From Styela clava (lineage: Eukaryota): DNA of 64,000 nt. The stretch's first letter is position 1, and every line of letters begins with the position of its first letter. Location of the stretch: the NCBI RefSeq assembly GCF_964204865.1, contig NC_135259.1, positions 12,524,001-12,588,000 of the forward strand, read 5' to 3'. The notes under the pieces were generated by a model. That model was not told where the DNA came from and ran no database searches. It saw only the letters and a program-made list of their open reading frames with translations. Both the position numbers and the translations under genes were made by a program. Shown piece after piece: positions 1-13,571 of the stretch.

Positions 1-1135
1 AACTCTACACATACAATGGCAGAAGAGCCATAACTGGAAACGCCGACCTTCAGAAGAAGGGAGCACAAAATATATCTTCTTTCGCAGATAGCAGATACAA
101 ATTCGGATGTCAACACAATACACAGACCCGATGAAACAGCATAAACATGAAAAATACATACTCTATATAAACACGGACACTATGGCCCGTACACAATTAA
201 AAACACTTTAATATTTTTATCATTCAGAATTATTTTTTAAACACGTTCTATCATATTTGCAACAACATTCAAAAAAATTCATGATTAGGATTTCTTCATT
301 TTTTTTATTGTAAAAGGCAGTCGAAGTACTGGAATTTTACGTATCACGGAAGTGCCGATTTTGAATGTAATGAGCCTCTGATGTTTTCGCGGCTCATGAT
401 TCACAGGATACAGCCGTTAGAATCGCTCCATTTTATATTGTTTCGAGATGATGTCATTGAAAACAATCGAATCACATTCAATGATTTTGAGGAAGTGATG
501 TGAAAAATAGATCTAGGGAATGAACTGAGCTCGTTGTCTGAATTCACATCAAACGCGAATGTTCAAAGTATGATATCTATAATACAGTGATGGCATTAAA
601 AATACCAAGTGCAGATTCTCTTCATAGTGACTGAATCTGTTGTGTGACTTAATGGGTCAATGTTCCAAGCTCTAAAAAGAAAAAAAAATAAATCTTTTGT
701 CCATGTTCAAATTTGAAATTGAAACATTTGAAATAGTTTCCCTTTTCTTGGGTGCTTATAAACCACTCTAATTATGAATGAATAATTTTATCCATCAATC
801 TTCACAGTTAATCTGCTCTAGCTCAAGGAAAAGGTTGGCAATTATGTTTTCTAGTGTGTCAATTTGTTCATTTCAATGTCAAGATATACGTTTGCCTGCC
901 GATGAAAAATTTATATAAAACCAGACCTGAGGACATTCACGTATAAAATCACTTCTCGTGCTTGGCACGAGTGCCGAGGTTGTAGATTCCTGCTTTAGGT
1001 TATATTCAAGATCTTGATTAACATATAACTCCCACAACGTTTGTTTTCGAGGTTTAACTTCAATACTGTTAAAAATGTTTGAGTAGCATTTTGCCGTAAC
1101 TTCTATATATACTGTTGAGGGGGTATGATTGAATT

Positions 1136-1785
1136 CAATTGTTTTATCAATAAGACTACTTGAATTACCATTTCCGATTGCAGATAGTATTTTAGCACTC
1201 TAATATTATCCATGCCTTACCAAATTTCGGAGCCAGTGGGATTTCAGTCGTTTGAACCCGACTATCCAGAATTAAGTTTCTTTACATATTAAGAATTTGT
1301 TATCATCTCGAACATCTCATCGATTTTATCGCTCGTCAAAAAGCGTGTGCGGTAAAGTTAGGTCATATTTTTTCTTAGAGTTTCTGGAATAAAATATTTT
1401 GTGCTCTAAATATGCCATCACGACACCGCGATTTCAATCATTTTGAGAAAATTGTTTGCAATTGTTGTTGCAATTGTTTTATCAATAAGACTACTTGAAT
1501 TACCATTTCCGAATGCAGATAGTATTTTAGCACTCGAATATTATCCATGCCTTACTAAATTTCGGAGCCAGTGAGATTTTAGTCGTTTGAACCCGACTAT
1601 TTAGAATTAAGTTTCTTCACATATTGAGAATTTGTTATCATCTCGAACATCTCATCGATTTTATCGCTCTTCAAAAAGCGTTTGCGGTAAAGTTAGGTCA
1701 TATTTTTTCTCAAAATTTCTGGAATATAATATTTTGTGCTCTAAAAACGCCATGACGACACCGCGATTTCAATCATTTTGAGAAA
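1136..1785. repeat. Direct duplication of a ~315-bp unit (1136-1450 and 1471-1785)
   Basis: Both copies run caattgttttatcaataagactacttgaattacc...gcgatttcaatcattttgagaaa with only scattered substitutions. Confidence 0.95.
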
Positions 1786-3445
1786 CTCTTTATTATACAT
1801 TTGCAAACGAGAATACCGTACCGTCGGCGTCTGTTTCAAATACATTTGCAAAAGAAAATACCGTGCCGTCGGTGTTTCTGTTCAACGTGACCCTATGAAA
1901 GCAAAAATAATAATCGATGAGAGCTAAGATGTTCTCGATAAATGTCCCAACTTTGCAACCATGAGAGCAAAGTCTAATATAAAGTCACATAAATATAGAC
2001 TTTTTTATAGTTCATACCATACCCAATGACATAATAATTTCCGTCTACACTGTGCTATAACTCAATTGAATAATTTGACATAAAGAAAGCAACGCTAGTT
2101 AACATTCTGTTATAGAACTAAATTCTACTAGTTTTGAGTTTCAATTAATGACGATTTGGTATTGAAAATATAGCATCATCAAAAACGCTTTATTGTTTTT
2201 CATTTACCAATTATTGTTACCATTACTCTGTTAAGTTGAAGATTCTGAGAACGAAATAAAGTGATTTGGAATTTGACCTTTATTGAGTACAAATCAGATG
2301 CTGTTTATTTATGATTGTCAATGCTTCTATATACACTTCATGTCATCTCCCGTTTTTTACTTTTCTGCAGATTTTTCATCGTTGGCAGTTTCAACCTTCA
2401 TCGAAACATGAAACATAACACACATACAAGGGTTGGGAGGGGGTTGCGGGTTCTGAGAATCGGTTGGGCCCTGGAAGGGAGATAGAACACAGCATCGCAA
2501 TCATTATTAGGCAATATTTGTTTGACTAATACTGGTAAAAAATATAGTGACGTAATCCGGTAATGAGGTGATCAATTAAAAACATTCTTTCATTTTAACT
2601 AGCTGAATTTTACATTATAGTTGAATGTCGGTGCCTTCTCTTATAACTTTGAATCTGGATGATGAATGAAGCGTTTTACAAATTTTAATTTGCCCAAGTT
2701 TTTAGGGCGAATATGACAAGATTTTGACTGACAAATCTTTCAGATTGATCATGCTGGTTTGCTGAATTCTTGTAATCCCAAATGGCCTAAGATGGTTAGT
2801 TTCATTTGTAACCAAAATTAAGCGCTTTTCTTTATTATGAGGTCTTCAAATTTGGTTATTCCAATTTTCAAAATCATGATGGGTGGTATGTTTACCCAGA
2901 CAATGATTACTAATGTCATTGTAGAAGTTTTACTTCAAACTGTACACTGCTACCTACATCTCAGTGACCAAATTTATTTCATAATAAACACTGTTTTTAT
3001 TTTTATTGCTAATAATATACCTTAACATGTGAAAAGTCTTTTTTTTTTACCCGGTGTCTTCCATCTTTCGTATTTGAAAGTGACTAATGACTGGTTGCAT
3101 TCTTCCATCTGATTTGTTATATCTCTGATAGTGATTTTTTCGTGTTACAGCAAATTCAAATGTACTTCAGTTTGTAGGGTGCCTGTGACAAATATTTGGT
3201 GACAAACATTCGTTTTATGTATCCATGCTTGGATTATTGCTGAAATCTCATTACCTTGCTTAAAAGTTTCTGGTGTTGGAAATATCGACTCAGTTGAAAA
3301 TATTCTCATGTTAATATACATTGGAAGTTTTGTCTGTAACATATTTTTTCTTCAAAAGAAATGTAAATACGACAGGTATCAATAATATTACTCACAATTT
3401 TAGTTTGGTAAGATGGCGTTTCTGGACAAGTAGACCTATGGATCG

Positions 3446-3788
3446 TTTATTACTTATCGATCCAGATAAGTATGCTGATAAGTATTTGTCTGTCTGTCTG
3501 TTTGTCTGTTAGATGCACGCGATATCTCACGAAAGCGAGGTTGAATCTGTTCCAAATTTTGCATGTGCATTTATCATATCTCGAAGCCTATTGATTTTGG
3601 ATGAATTATGTCGTATATCTAGCGAGTTATTAATTAATTAGTGATGGGGCACACGGTGTCGCTATGGAATAAGAGCGGATGAATCGAAACCGCAGTTTCT
3701 GTTCTGGCACTTTCTGTTCTGTTCTGTTCTGTTTCTGTTCTCTAACTTTCGATCGATAAGTCTTCGGTCTCCGACCGATATTCTCGTT
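3446..3788 (+). mobile_element. Non-autonomous Helentron-like (HINE/DINE-1-type) element
   Basis: Subterminal inverted repeat acttatcgat (3452) / atcgataagt (~3752), (tgtc)n microsatellite near the 5' end, 3' hairpin cggtctccgaccg followed by ctcgtt. Confidence 0.7.
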
Positions 3789-3789
3789 A

Positions 3790-4105
3790 TTATATTATTG
3801 TTGTGCAAAAATCGCTTTTCTCTTCAACTACTGAACCAATTGCTTTGAAAATTTCCGTGTTCGAAGCTTGTTGTTGTCGTTAGAAGGTTATTACCTGTTT
3901 CATATATATCTGTGGTCTCTATTGGATTCGTTTTTTCATTTTGAAATTTCTTGTGACGACGTCATAAAAATTAAAAATTGCGCACGGTGACGTGGTTCCG
4001 TGATAACATCACATTGATCTAGTGGCCAGACTACCTGCATAAAGATTTGATACTACTCCGTTTTGGCCGCTTGTGTCCCATATATTTGAGCATTGCTCTC
4101 CCGTA
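3790..4105 (+). mobile_element. Dispersed ~300-bp repeat family (MITE/HINE-like); other copies at ~16040-16200+17025-17220 (+), ~31505-31578+32432-32555 (-), ~39525-39810 (-)
   Basis: Shared blocks aaaatcgcttttctc...ccaattgc, gacgtcatcaaaa and ccatatatttgagcattg recur in both orientations. Confidence 0.7.
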
Positions 4106-5857
4106 TTCCTAAGTCATAAGAAACTATACTTTTGCAGCGAAGTTTGTTAATCAATACGAAGCCGAATCTAAACACGCGGTGTGGTGCGAACAAAATTCGT
4201 AGTTTGTAGTAAACAGTTATCATTCAACCTAATGTGTTATTTTCCAGATTTTTGCTCCACACTGTTTGTGCAAATAGCCTATTTTCGCAATTCCATTGTT
4301 AATGCTCAGGTATAACACGGTAAGAAACTTGGTTATTTTAATTTTCCTACGATAGGTAGCAAGATAAAGTGTTACCATGGCAATACAAAATATATGCCAC
4401 CTTTCTTTTGATCACTCTGACAGAGATTTTGGGTTCTCAAAAAGGTTGTGTCCCACATTTTTTTCTGATCTTCAAGTATTATATTTACCCGAAGCTAGTG
4501 CAGAACACAAATCCCACTTCATTTGCTCACACAATCTATTTCTACCTTACCTCAGAACAAGTGGGCAAGTTTTGGACATTTTTGATGCACTGAAAGATTT
4601 TGGCCTTATAATAATAAAAACTCGATGTTTATATGATAAACATTGGTATTAGAAACGTGTCCAAACTAAGTCGGTAATTTATTGCAAGCGAAGGTACAAT
4701 TATGAAAAAAAAAGTTTTTACTTTGTTCAACGTTAAGTACGATTTACCATGATTTTTTTCCGGATATGGTGGATATTTTATTACATCACCGGACGAATTT
4801 TTTCACCTGTTTTTCATAAGGTATCATTGATACGGGACGCTTTCCAAAGATGCATACCCATTCCTTTAAAGATTTGATACCTCTTTATAAAACATGTCGT
4901 AAGATTAATAGCAACTTCGCATACATAATAAAACAAATTTTACATTTTTGCAGACCGTGCGGTTACATCCGAAACATTTAAATAAATATTTGCACAATTA
5001 TATCGAAACAACTGATTGGTTGTATTTTGCGACTGACGATCCAAATCCGTTATTTATGTTACTGATAAGTAAATAGTTCATTTCATGTTGGTATACTGTC
5101 AAAAACTTAGTTTGGTCACTGACATATCAAAACGATTTAATCTATTATTATGTGTATTCTAATTGAGCACGGACTGGCGATATATTTTCTGACCAAGCTT
5201 AGTAATAAATATTATTTTAATACATTGAGACTGCCACATTAACGGATATATTTACGTGAATTTACTGGAATTGTATTACTTCATATGTAAGATGTGACCT
5301 GTTTACCTAATCTGCGATCAGGATATAGATAGGAGTATAGAGCGCGTCGATCGAAAAACCTGAAATAGAAAAGTTTCTCAATATTTGCAATTTCTCAAAG
5401 CCCAATGCAGCTTAGAGACAACTCTTAAAGATAAAGATAAATTATATAAATTCACGATAAGATCGAATGCTAATACTATTAGAGAGAGAAGTAGTGAATA
5501 TAAACTGTGAGAAACCTGGAAAGGAAAGGAAGCTATAAAAAAATACAACACGAACTTTGGCGACGTGTTTTGATTGCATTTATCACACTGTGAGTCAGTC
5601 GGTGAACGTAGGTAGCAACCAAACGTGCGTCGGAACTGGACTTCCAACTATGTGGACGCAAGTTAAGATTCTTCCGCTCCGCTCTGCCTCCTTCATCTCT
5701 TTACAAATGTTTCATGGGTCTAATAAATAGTTCTTGAAATAATTAATCGAAGAAATAAATTACAAGAGGCAAATATAGGCAGGAGCATCATTGAGTCATA
5801 TTTATTTATATATATACTTCATGTTTATTAATGAATATTTGCTTACTAAAATTGCAG

Positions 5858-8606
5858 ATGCAAGTAAGAGGTTTAATGATGAGGTGGCTAACCCTGTTAA
5901 TAGTTTGTGGCTGCTTTATTCCTCTAGGTAAATGCGAAAATATTGTTGAAACAGATGACGAGTTGCCATGTGTTGGGGATGATTGTGTGACTGATTATGT
6001 CCCAAGCTTTGAAGAAATTGACTTTGGCGATCTTGAAGTCGATTTTCAAGATACTGGAGACGTACTTTTCCCGGACCTGAATGATTTCTCAGATGATCTC
6101 GGAGACCTTTCAAACACCGATCTTAATGATTTGCCTGCTGTTCTAGGCGACCTTGATGACATTGAAACAGCTGAGCATGACGCCGGCGAAATGGGCACTA
6201 ATATTGACAATTGTAAGAAGAGATGTGGCTATTCATGAGTATAGAATACACGCAATATTTTCTATGTCATCTATTTAAACTCCTTTGGGATATATATTCA
6301 TACAGTATTATACTGGGGTAGGGAATTTGAAAGTCATTAAATACCTAAAATATAAATCGTATGTAATGTACAGTCCTGTTTAAATAAATGAATGAGTGCG
6401 AGTGCATCTATCATTTATACTCATTAAATGTTGAATGTGTTTTTAAACCAATATTAGAATTTGTATTTAATATAAAAACTTGAATGCAAAGTATATTATG
6501 CATCAATTGACTGCCTATTTACAACGAAATTTAATTTCGTCATATTCACCTGTCATATTCACTCACCTATTTGAGAGGTAACAATTTCAAAAGATTAGGA
6601 TGACTGCCCATTTATTAGGTTGCATGTTGAACAGCGAATACGAACATGAGATGGCGGGAATCGACGATCACCAATGTCTTAATTCCCGTCGCTTTTACGG
6701 AAACTTATTTCTTTGCCCATATGTAAATTTTTCTATAAACTTTTCTATACAGTTTTTGATCAACTGAACGCAAGAATGTGTGAACTTGATTCTAAGTTGG
6801 AAGAAATCAAGAATTCGTTTTCATCATCGTTGGAAACTCTTCGATCAGTTACACATGATGGTTCGTAGCTGCTTGTAAACATATATAAAATGTCAGAATA
6901 TGTCCTATTTACTATTATCTTCGTCGTCTTGTGGCGTTTGCTTCTAAAGCTATCTTGCCGTCATCTCATTTTGTAACATTTGATTATTTTATACGTTTTA
7001 ACGATTCGAATGTAATTGTACCCGTAGTATATGTTTTTCATAATTCATTTTAGATTTATTCAAATCATACAATTCAGATCTAAGGCCTGCCTAATTTTAG
7101 GTCGTAGAAAATTCCTTCATAAAACTCTGCCAAGTATCTGTGTACTATTTAAACAGCGGAAAATAAATATTTTCAACCCATAAATGTTACATGACTGATC
7201 AAACTTCAGTAGCATATCCTATCTAATTTACAATTTCCGTCAAGTCCGATTTTTCGCTCCCATGGAATTAGAAAAAAAATATCATGGTTTACGCATGTAC
7301 AGTACAGCATTCCTTCTGTTTTACAACACACAACAGGCGCTGTATGAAACTGGTTCAAGGCAATTTTTTTGTGGTATTTTAATAAATTTACTCAACATCA
7401 AACGCGATCGATTACTCGAGACGATCGCGATCGACGTGTTGGTCACCACTGTTATAAATCTAATACGTTTACGCGTCGCTTGTAACTGTCCTAACTGTAC
7501 TCTTTTAAGTTTCCAGAGCAAGCTATACAAAACGAACTTGGGGTTGGGTCATTATTTTCTAAATGAATGGGAAAACTGATACCCAATACTACGAACTAAC
7601 ACAAATGAAGTTTTAAAATTAGTTTGCTTGGACAATTAGAAATAATTGGTGTTGGGCTGAAGTAATCACTTCGACCACGATGTCAAAGTGACACAATCCA
7701 AAACTTATATTTTGCGAAAACTACATATCATTCTTCATTAAATTATTACACTTGTAGTTTTCTTTCTTTTCTAAAAAACCTTTCGAAAATTGTTTTTGCT
7801 CTCATTTCCTATTTTCAATTCTTATCTCGTAACTTTTTACTGATAAAACATTCAGGTAAATGTGACGTTAAATACTCTGGAAAATGTTTCCACGTTGTCT
7901 GGAAAGAATCCAAGGATATCACACAAGCTAATGCGAGAACAATTTGTGGAAACATTGGTTGGGATCTGGCAAACATATATACCGAAGAACATTACATCAA
8001 GATTGAAGAATATTTACGGCTTCAAATGTTTTTGAACCAGATGGACGGCGATGTATGGCTGGGAATGAAGTTTGATCCAAAGGTATGATATGCACTTCAT
8101 GGGCGATTGGGTACTTCCACTCAGGACTGTTCTTCTATGATATAATACTCAATACGAAAGCTAGCAATATTGTTGGGGAATCAATCTTTTAAAGTGATAA
8201 GGTTTATATTCACAAAATTTAGTTCATATAAAAGGGAATTTTGAATCCGTGTGATTTAAGCAAACACAGCGTTTATATTTTCCAAGAGGCATTTTTTACA
8301 GGGCCATTTCTAGCTTTTTACACTATATATCTGGAAGACAAAATATAGACGATTCAACCAGAATAATCACGTGTTGATTTGCATGACACATAATGTTAAA
8401 ATTTATGTACGCAGACAAATGAAGTCCGATCTGAATCCAATGCGCCAATAGATTTTTCTGAAGTAACCTGGCATCCATCCTTCCCATCATCTGAATCGAA
8501 TGAAGAAAGCATGGCTCTACGTATTGCAAGAAATAATGAAGAGGATCAAGGCATAATCAACGTTCACGCTGGGTCACACCTAAGCGGTGCTTTATGCGAA
8601 CTATAG
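5858..8606 (+). CDS. Secreted divergent C-type lectin-domain protein with Asp-rich N-terminus (lectin 1, ~293 aa; exons 5858-6212, 6753-6860, 7856-8082, 8415-8606)
   Basis: Signal peptide MMRWLTLLIVCGCFIPLG, Asp-rich tract, coiled-coil exon (QLNARMCELDSKLEEIK), CTLD C..KCF..C..LANIY.E..VWLGM..TW.P..GALCE; all junctions GT-AG and in frame. Confidence 0.85.
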
Positions 8607-10020
8607 GTTGACACGGTTTTGCAAAGCACAGATAATTAACTTCAAATCAAAAAACTAAATTCAAACCTACAGTAGTGTGAAAATGAATTCGTATATGATC
8701 GGAATCAGTAAATTTATTCGTGATTTTTGTGCCATCGAACCAATTTATATAACATGACCCAAAGAAATATCAGGTTTAATTTCTAATGAATTAAACTAAA
8801 ATCAATTTTTGTAATCTCACTGTCAGTTGAATATCTGTCCGACAACTGTTTATCCATTATCAACATCTCTCTTTCTTTTATTGGTTTAATATTCAATATG
8901 TTTTATATCTCGACCAGAAACCTCAAATGATATAAAGCAAAATTATATTTCATACGATTTCTTTTAGCAAATTCCCAATTTAAATTATCATATTCGGAAA
9001 ATATAAGTCAAATCACATAATATAGTAGTCTATGGATGTTAGCACGTGTAACTTTTTAGGTGTTGTTAGTTGTTTTAGTTAAGTTCAAACATGATCTTCT
9101 TCATCGAGTCAAATCAATGTCGGATATCTGTTAAATCAAGAATTTCACAATAGACATAGTTCTGAATACTGAAAACTGAGCAAAAACAGATCCGATTTTT
9201 GTAAGCTCAGCTGCAAAAGCTATGAGAAGGGGCAAAAATGAAAGTTATCAATTGAAAGGCTAATGGGGTTAGATTCAGGCAGTCATAGATGAGTGATAAA
9301 GGTTGTATATCGTGTCCCTACTCCTGCAGGGAGGCAAAATTAATTCAATATTGGGGCTAACCGTAAAATATATATATTGAAGAAAATGTAGAATAGATTG
9401 GTTTCACGAGTAGACGGATAAGCCAAGTTACCTCATTCAAGAAAATGTACGTATATATCTCATTACGTAAGATGCATTACCAACGCGCGCTTTACATATA
9501 TACATACAATGCATAACTTGGCCAAATATAACGTAAGTCCTTAGCTGCGGGTCACTTTGCCCATTTGCTATATGGTCTTTTAATGTCTACCCTTAAGACA
9601 AAACCCTAAGACACAATAACCGGTACTAAGACATTCGAAGAATGGGTTCGGGAGCACCCGCTAAATCCATCCACTGGTAATCCTTGATTTCATTAGCCTT
9701 TCATTACAATTTGGTTGTAATTTGTCGTAATCTCCATCTCCAGGAAAAAATGTAGGCGAACAAGATTAGTTACCTCCATATTGGTACACACACTTCTGGA
9801 GCGCCGGATTGCCGATATATACTCGATATTTCAGAACAACAGAGATTTTTGTAATCGCATGGAATTATTGGGGTGATGACATTGATTTGACAAAGTATCA
9901 GCTTGTTTATTCGAAGTACTATATTTGTCATCTTAATTTATACACTATTGAAACTTTTCGAAATATCGAACTGTCCATTAAATCAAAATATACATCGATA
10001 ATGAATAATATAGTCTAGCG

Positions 10021-10450
10021 CAGGGGTCGGCAAACTTTTGTCATTCGCGGGCCAAAATTAAAGGTTGCAAGTCATTGGCGGGCCGCACATATTTTTAGAA
10101 AATTAAAAACCGAAGAAATGGCTATTGAATCACATTTTTTCACACAGATTTCAGTTGAATTTTAAGCAGTGTGCGAAGACTGATCATTTGAATATTTTCT
10201 GCGTCGTTAAACGATTTGCACTCAGTATCAACTTTTTTCAGTCTGTTGCCATTTCTCTAACTATAATCAATTATAGGTTTATTAAACGAGGGATTGTGAA
10301 TTATATACCTATTAGGTTATAGTATAATTTAGTGTCTCAAAACGAATTCTGTGAAGTAAAGAATATAATCGTCAATACAGCTGTTTTGTTAATATAATTC
10401 AGTGAAGCGTCGCGGGCCGGATTATATTGCTCCGCGGGCCGGAGAGTTGG
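10021..10450. mobile_element. hAT (Charlie-like) MITE
   Basis: Starts caggggtcggcaaact after gtctagcg; repeated gcgggcc subterminal motifs at both ends; right end degenerate. Confidence 0.7.
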
Positions 10451-11281
10451 CGAACTGATATTTGGAAGATAGCTTCATCAGATAATAATCAGAAAAAGTC
10501 ATATCGGATGGCTTTTATCCGGCAAGATTTTCGTCAATAAAACAGTGCTTTTAATAGTAGCAAGTATCCATTAATTAGCATTTGATAGGCAGCCTAATTA
10601 AACCAGACAATTAAATTGTGTAAAGACTCACACTATAAATATCATTACAATTATTCTAGTTGTGAAATGATATTAGTGTGTGATCAAAATATCACAACAC
10701 TCATTGAAGGCATTTTAAATATGTAGAGTGCAATATGGAAATGCATTGCGGGGAAAATTTTCCGCCTATACATGATTGATCACTGTTATGTATGCAACGC
10801 AGCACACAAACGCGTATTTGTCTCTTGAAGAATGACCAATTATCCTTACGTTAGCATTCAGGATGTCATTCGTTGTAGTCATTGAATTGCATTGTATCAT
10901 TACTGATTTAGCTTTGTATAAAACCGCTGTTTCTAGTGCTTATTTTGTAATGTGAGGCGGTAGACGTGCCTGGTGGGCGTTTTGAAAAATTGATTAGCTG
11001 CAAACTGGCATTTCAATGTTAAAATTAAACATTTTCAGTACTATTACGAAGGATTGCAATATTAGTATAGTTTGATATTTCAGAATTATACCCAGTATTT
11101 ACGATTTTGTATATACTGAAATGTAAATAATCAACTTTACAGAAAAACAAAGACAGTATATTATAAAATGTAAACGGTCAACTTTACAAGAAAACAAAGA
11201 CAGATGTTTTTTGGTCGTATGGAATTAGAATTAGAGCAGCTATAAATCGTACTCTCAAGGTGAAGTAACCATATCTGCACA

Positions 11282-13571
11282 ATGGCGACTGTGTTACTTT
11301 ATATTTTGCTGCTTTTCTTTGGAATAGGAATATGTCAAAGTGAGTAATTTAAAATTTAATCATTTTCAGCATTCAAGCTAGCTTTCATTATAGAGATTTG
11401 CATCCATTTGACTGCATGTCATGCTGCTAAATAACCGCACTAGTCTACGTGGCATACACAGAAATCTGATAATTCGACTTCTTCGAATAAAAATTCACGA
11501 TCACTCCGTGACAATTTGCATCGATACCGCTGAAGCCGTAGCGGCAAGCACCGGCTTTGTTGTACTATTTTGACGTACTGCCGCGTGGTGGGGCAATATG
11601 TTCAAAATAAACAATATTTTTGAAGAAATATCAAACCCGTATAACTCCGAAATGATTTGTAAAATATTAAATAAATATAATAACCATTTAACTACTTCTT
11701 CCACTGTTATTTACTGAAACTCTCAAACCGATTTTTATCCGGTACGATTTTTTCCAAAAAAAAAACAACTTCAACAACATTTAGCGAATCGATCGATAAT
11801 GCCCACTTTCTGTACGATTACGTATAATATATTAATACAATCTGGATTTATTTTTGTCATTAATAAATTAAATGTGAATGATTAAATGTATTGATTTTTG
11901 GATTATATATCAGTTGAAATTCGATCAAGCATTTCAAGCAAATCTCAATGTTCCTCGGAAAAAGACGAATGCATCTCTCTGTCATTCAACTCGGTGTGTA
12001 TATCACTCAGCATTTACGGTTAAAATTGCAACAAAAATATCATAAAAAATGTGAATATTTTTATTTTATTTTTGCAGGTACAAGATTTGAAAAGTGAGTA
12101 ACAACTTTTTAGATAACTGGATATCGAATCGTTTTGAATGTTGACTATAAATTAATATGTGACCAATCAACTAGAAAATGACGCTTATTTCGTTGCAGAA
12201 ATATTACTGATAAGGCTGGAAATTGTTAACCGGTTAACCGATTTTAGATGGTTAACGGTTACGATTTATTTTAACCGTTAACTGACATCTCGGGTACAAA
12301 TCATTTTTATACTGTACAATTTCTTCAAAAATGATTACGTCATCGCAAATTTATCTCCTGTGGCGTTTGTTTCAGAAGAATATCACTAACTGTATTGGTA
12401 AGGACCCGAAAATCTGTAATTTAAATAATTAAGTACAATGATTGCTGATTATAAAAATTTACAATGATAAATTCAGAATCAGTCTACAATCGAAATATAT
12501 TGTTCACGATTTTATTGCAAAATCGTATATATATTCAATGTCATCCAACAAGTGCACAGATGATGCCGTTTTTCTTTATGATATTTCGGAGTAGAATTTG
12601 TACATCGATCACTGAAAATTTGTCACATAGATGACGTTTGGTAACGGAATCGGGTTTTCTACAATACTTCCACATGTCCTAACCACGCTGCGCATATCTC
12701 TCGCAAAAGAGCAATCATGTACTATCTCGATTCGTGAATAATTTTGAGCGATACCGGGATAAGATCACGCGAAATTGCTTTATAACCATTGTGACGTAAT
12801 AACGGTTATATCGTAATAAAGTATCTTTGAATATTTAAATTAGCTCGTATACATATAAATGCTGTCAACATTTTTGATCATTTTTTGTTTGTGATTTTGC
12901 ATTCGCAGACAAACTTGAGGACAAAAATTTCCAAGACCGTCTTGCTGAGCAGATTAAAAGACAGCTATTGAACGAAGCAGGTAATCATTTTTCAGATAAA
13001 AAGGAATAGGGATATTGTAATAGTAATGAGCCAACTAAGTCTATATGATTAGAATATTGTGTTTTCCACCGAAATTCCAGCTATATTACAACCGTTTCAG
13101 AGAAACCAACGTCACCAGAGGAAAATGTTGGCCAACTTCTTTTCATCAATAAAAGCATGACGTACAAACAATCGAAAGAGTACTGCCATAATATGAGCCG
13201 AAATTTAGTATCTGGTTACATTCGCAATAAAACTGTGCTCAATTTTACAAAGATTGGAGATGCACATTCGTAAGTGTAGAAATAAATTGAAAAAATATTT
13301 AGATAAAATCCTAATGGAAGAGAATAAATATTTTATTACTTTTAGCTTGTGGATTGGTTTAGACGAATTGAATGGATTTTGGCGTTGGGCGGATGGAGTC
13401 AATTCTACTGCTAATAACACTAATTGGGGTACAAACCAGCCAGAGAATAATAACGAGAAATGTGCGGTTGTTTTCCCTAAAAACAATTGGACAATTCATG
13501 ATTATCCTTCTGATAATCCTCCGCATAATTTTTCTTTTATATGCGAAAAGAAGATAACTGATCAATGCTAA
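11282..13571 (+). CDS. Secreted C-type lectin (lectin 2, ~206 aa; exons 11282-11339, 11914-11993, 12078-12093, 12909-12980, 13101-13269, 13346-13571)
   Basis: Signal peptide MATVLLYILLLFFGIGIC; helical neck; CTLD with SKEYC, LWIGL, WRWADG, NWGTNQPE, EKCAV, IHD, FICEK; exon lengths sum to 621 nt, in frame. Confidence 0.88.

Noticed and set aside
2700-4652. Coding-like fragments and short ORFs on both strands
   Set aside because: Interrupted by stops and repeats; no coherent gene model
5831-6238. 135-aa single-exon ORF from the track
   Set aside because: It reads through a strong donor (t|gtaaga at 6213). It is exon 1 of lectin 1, and the CKKRCGYS tail is intronic.
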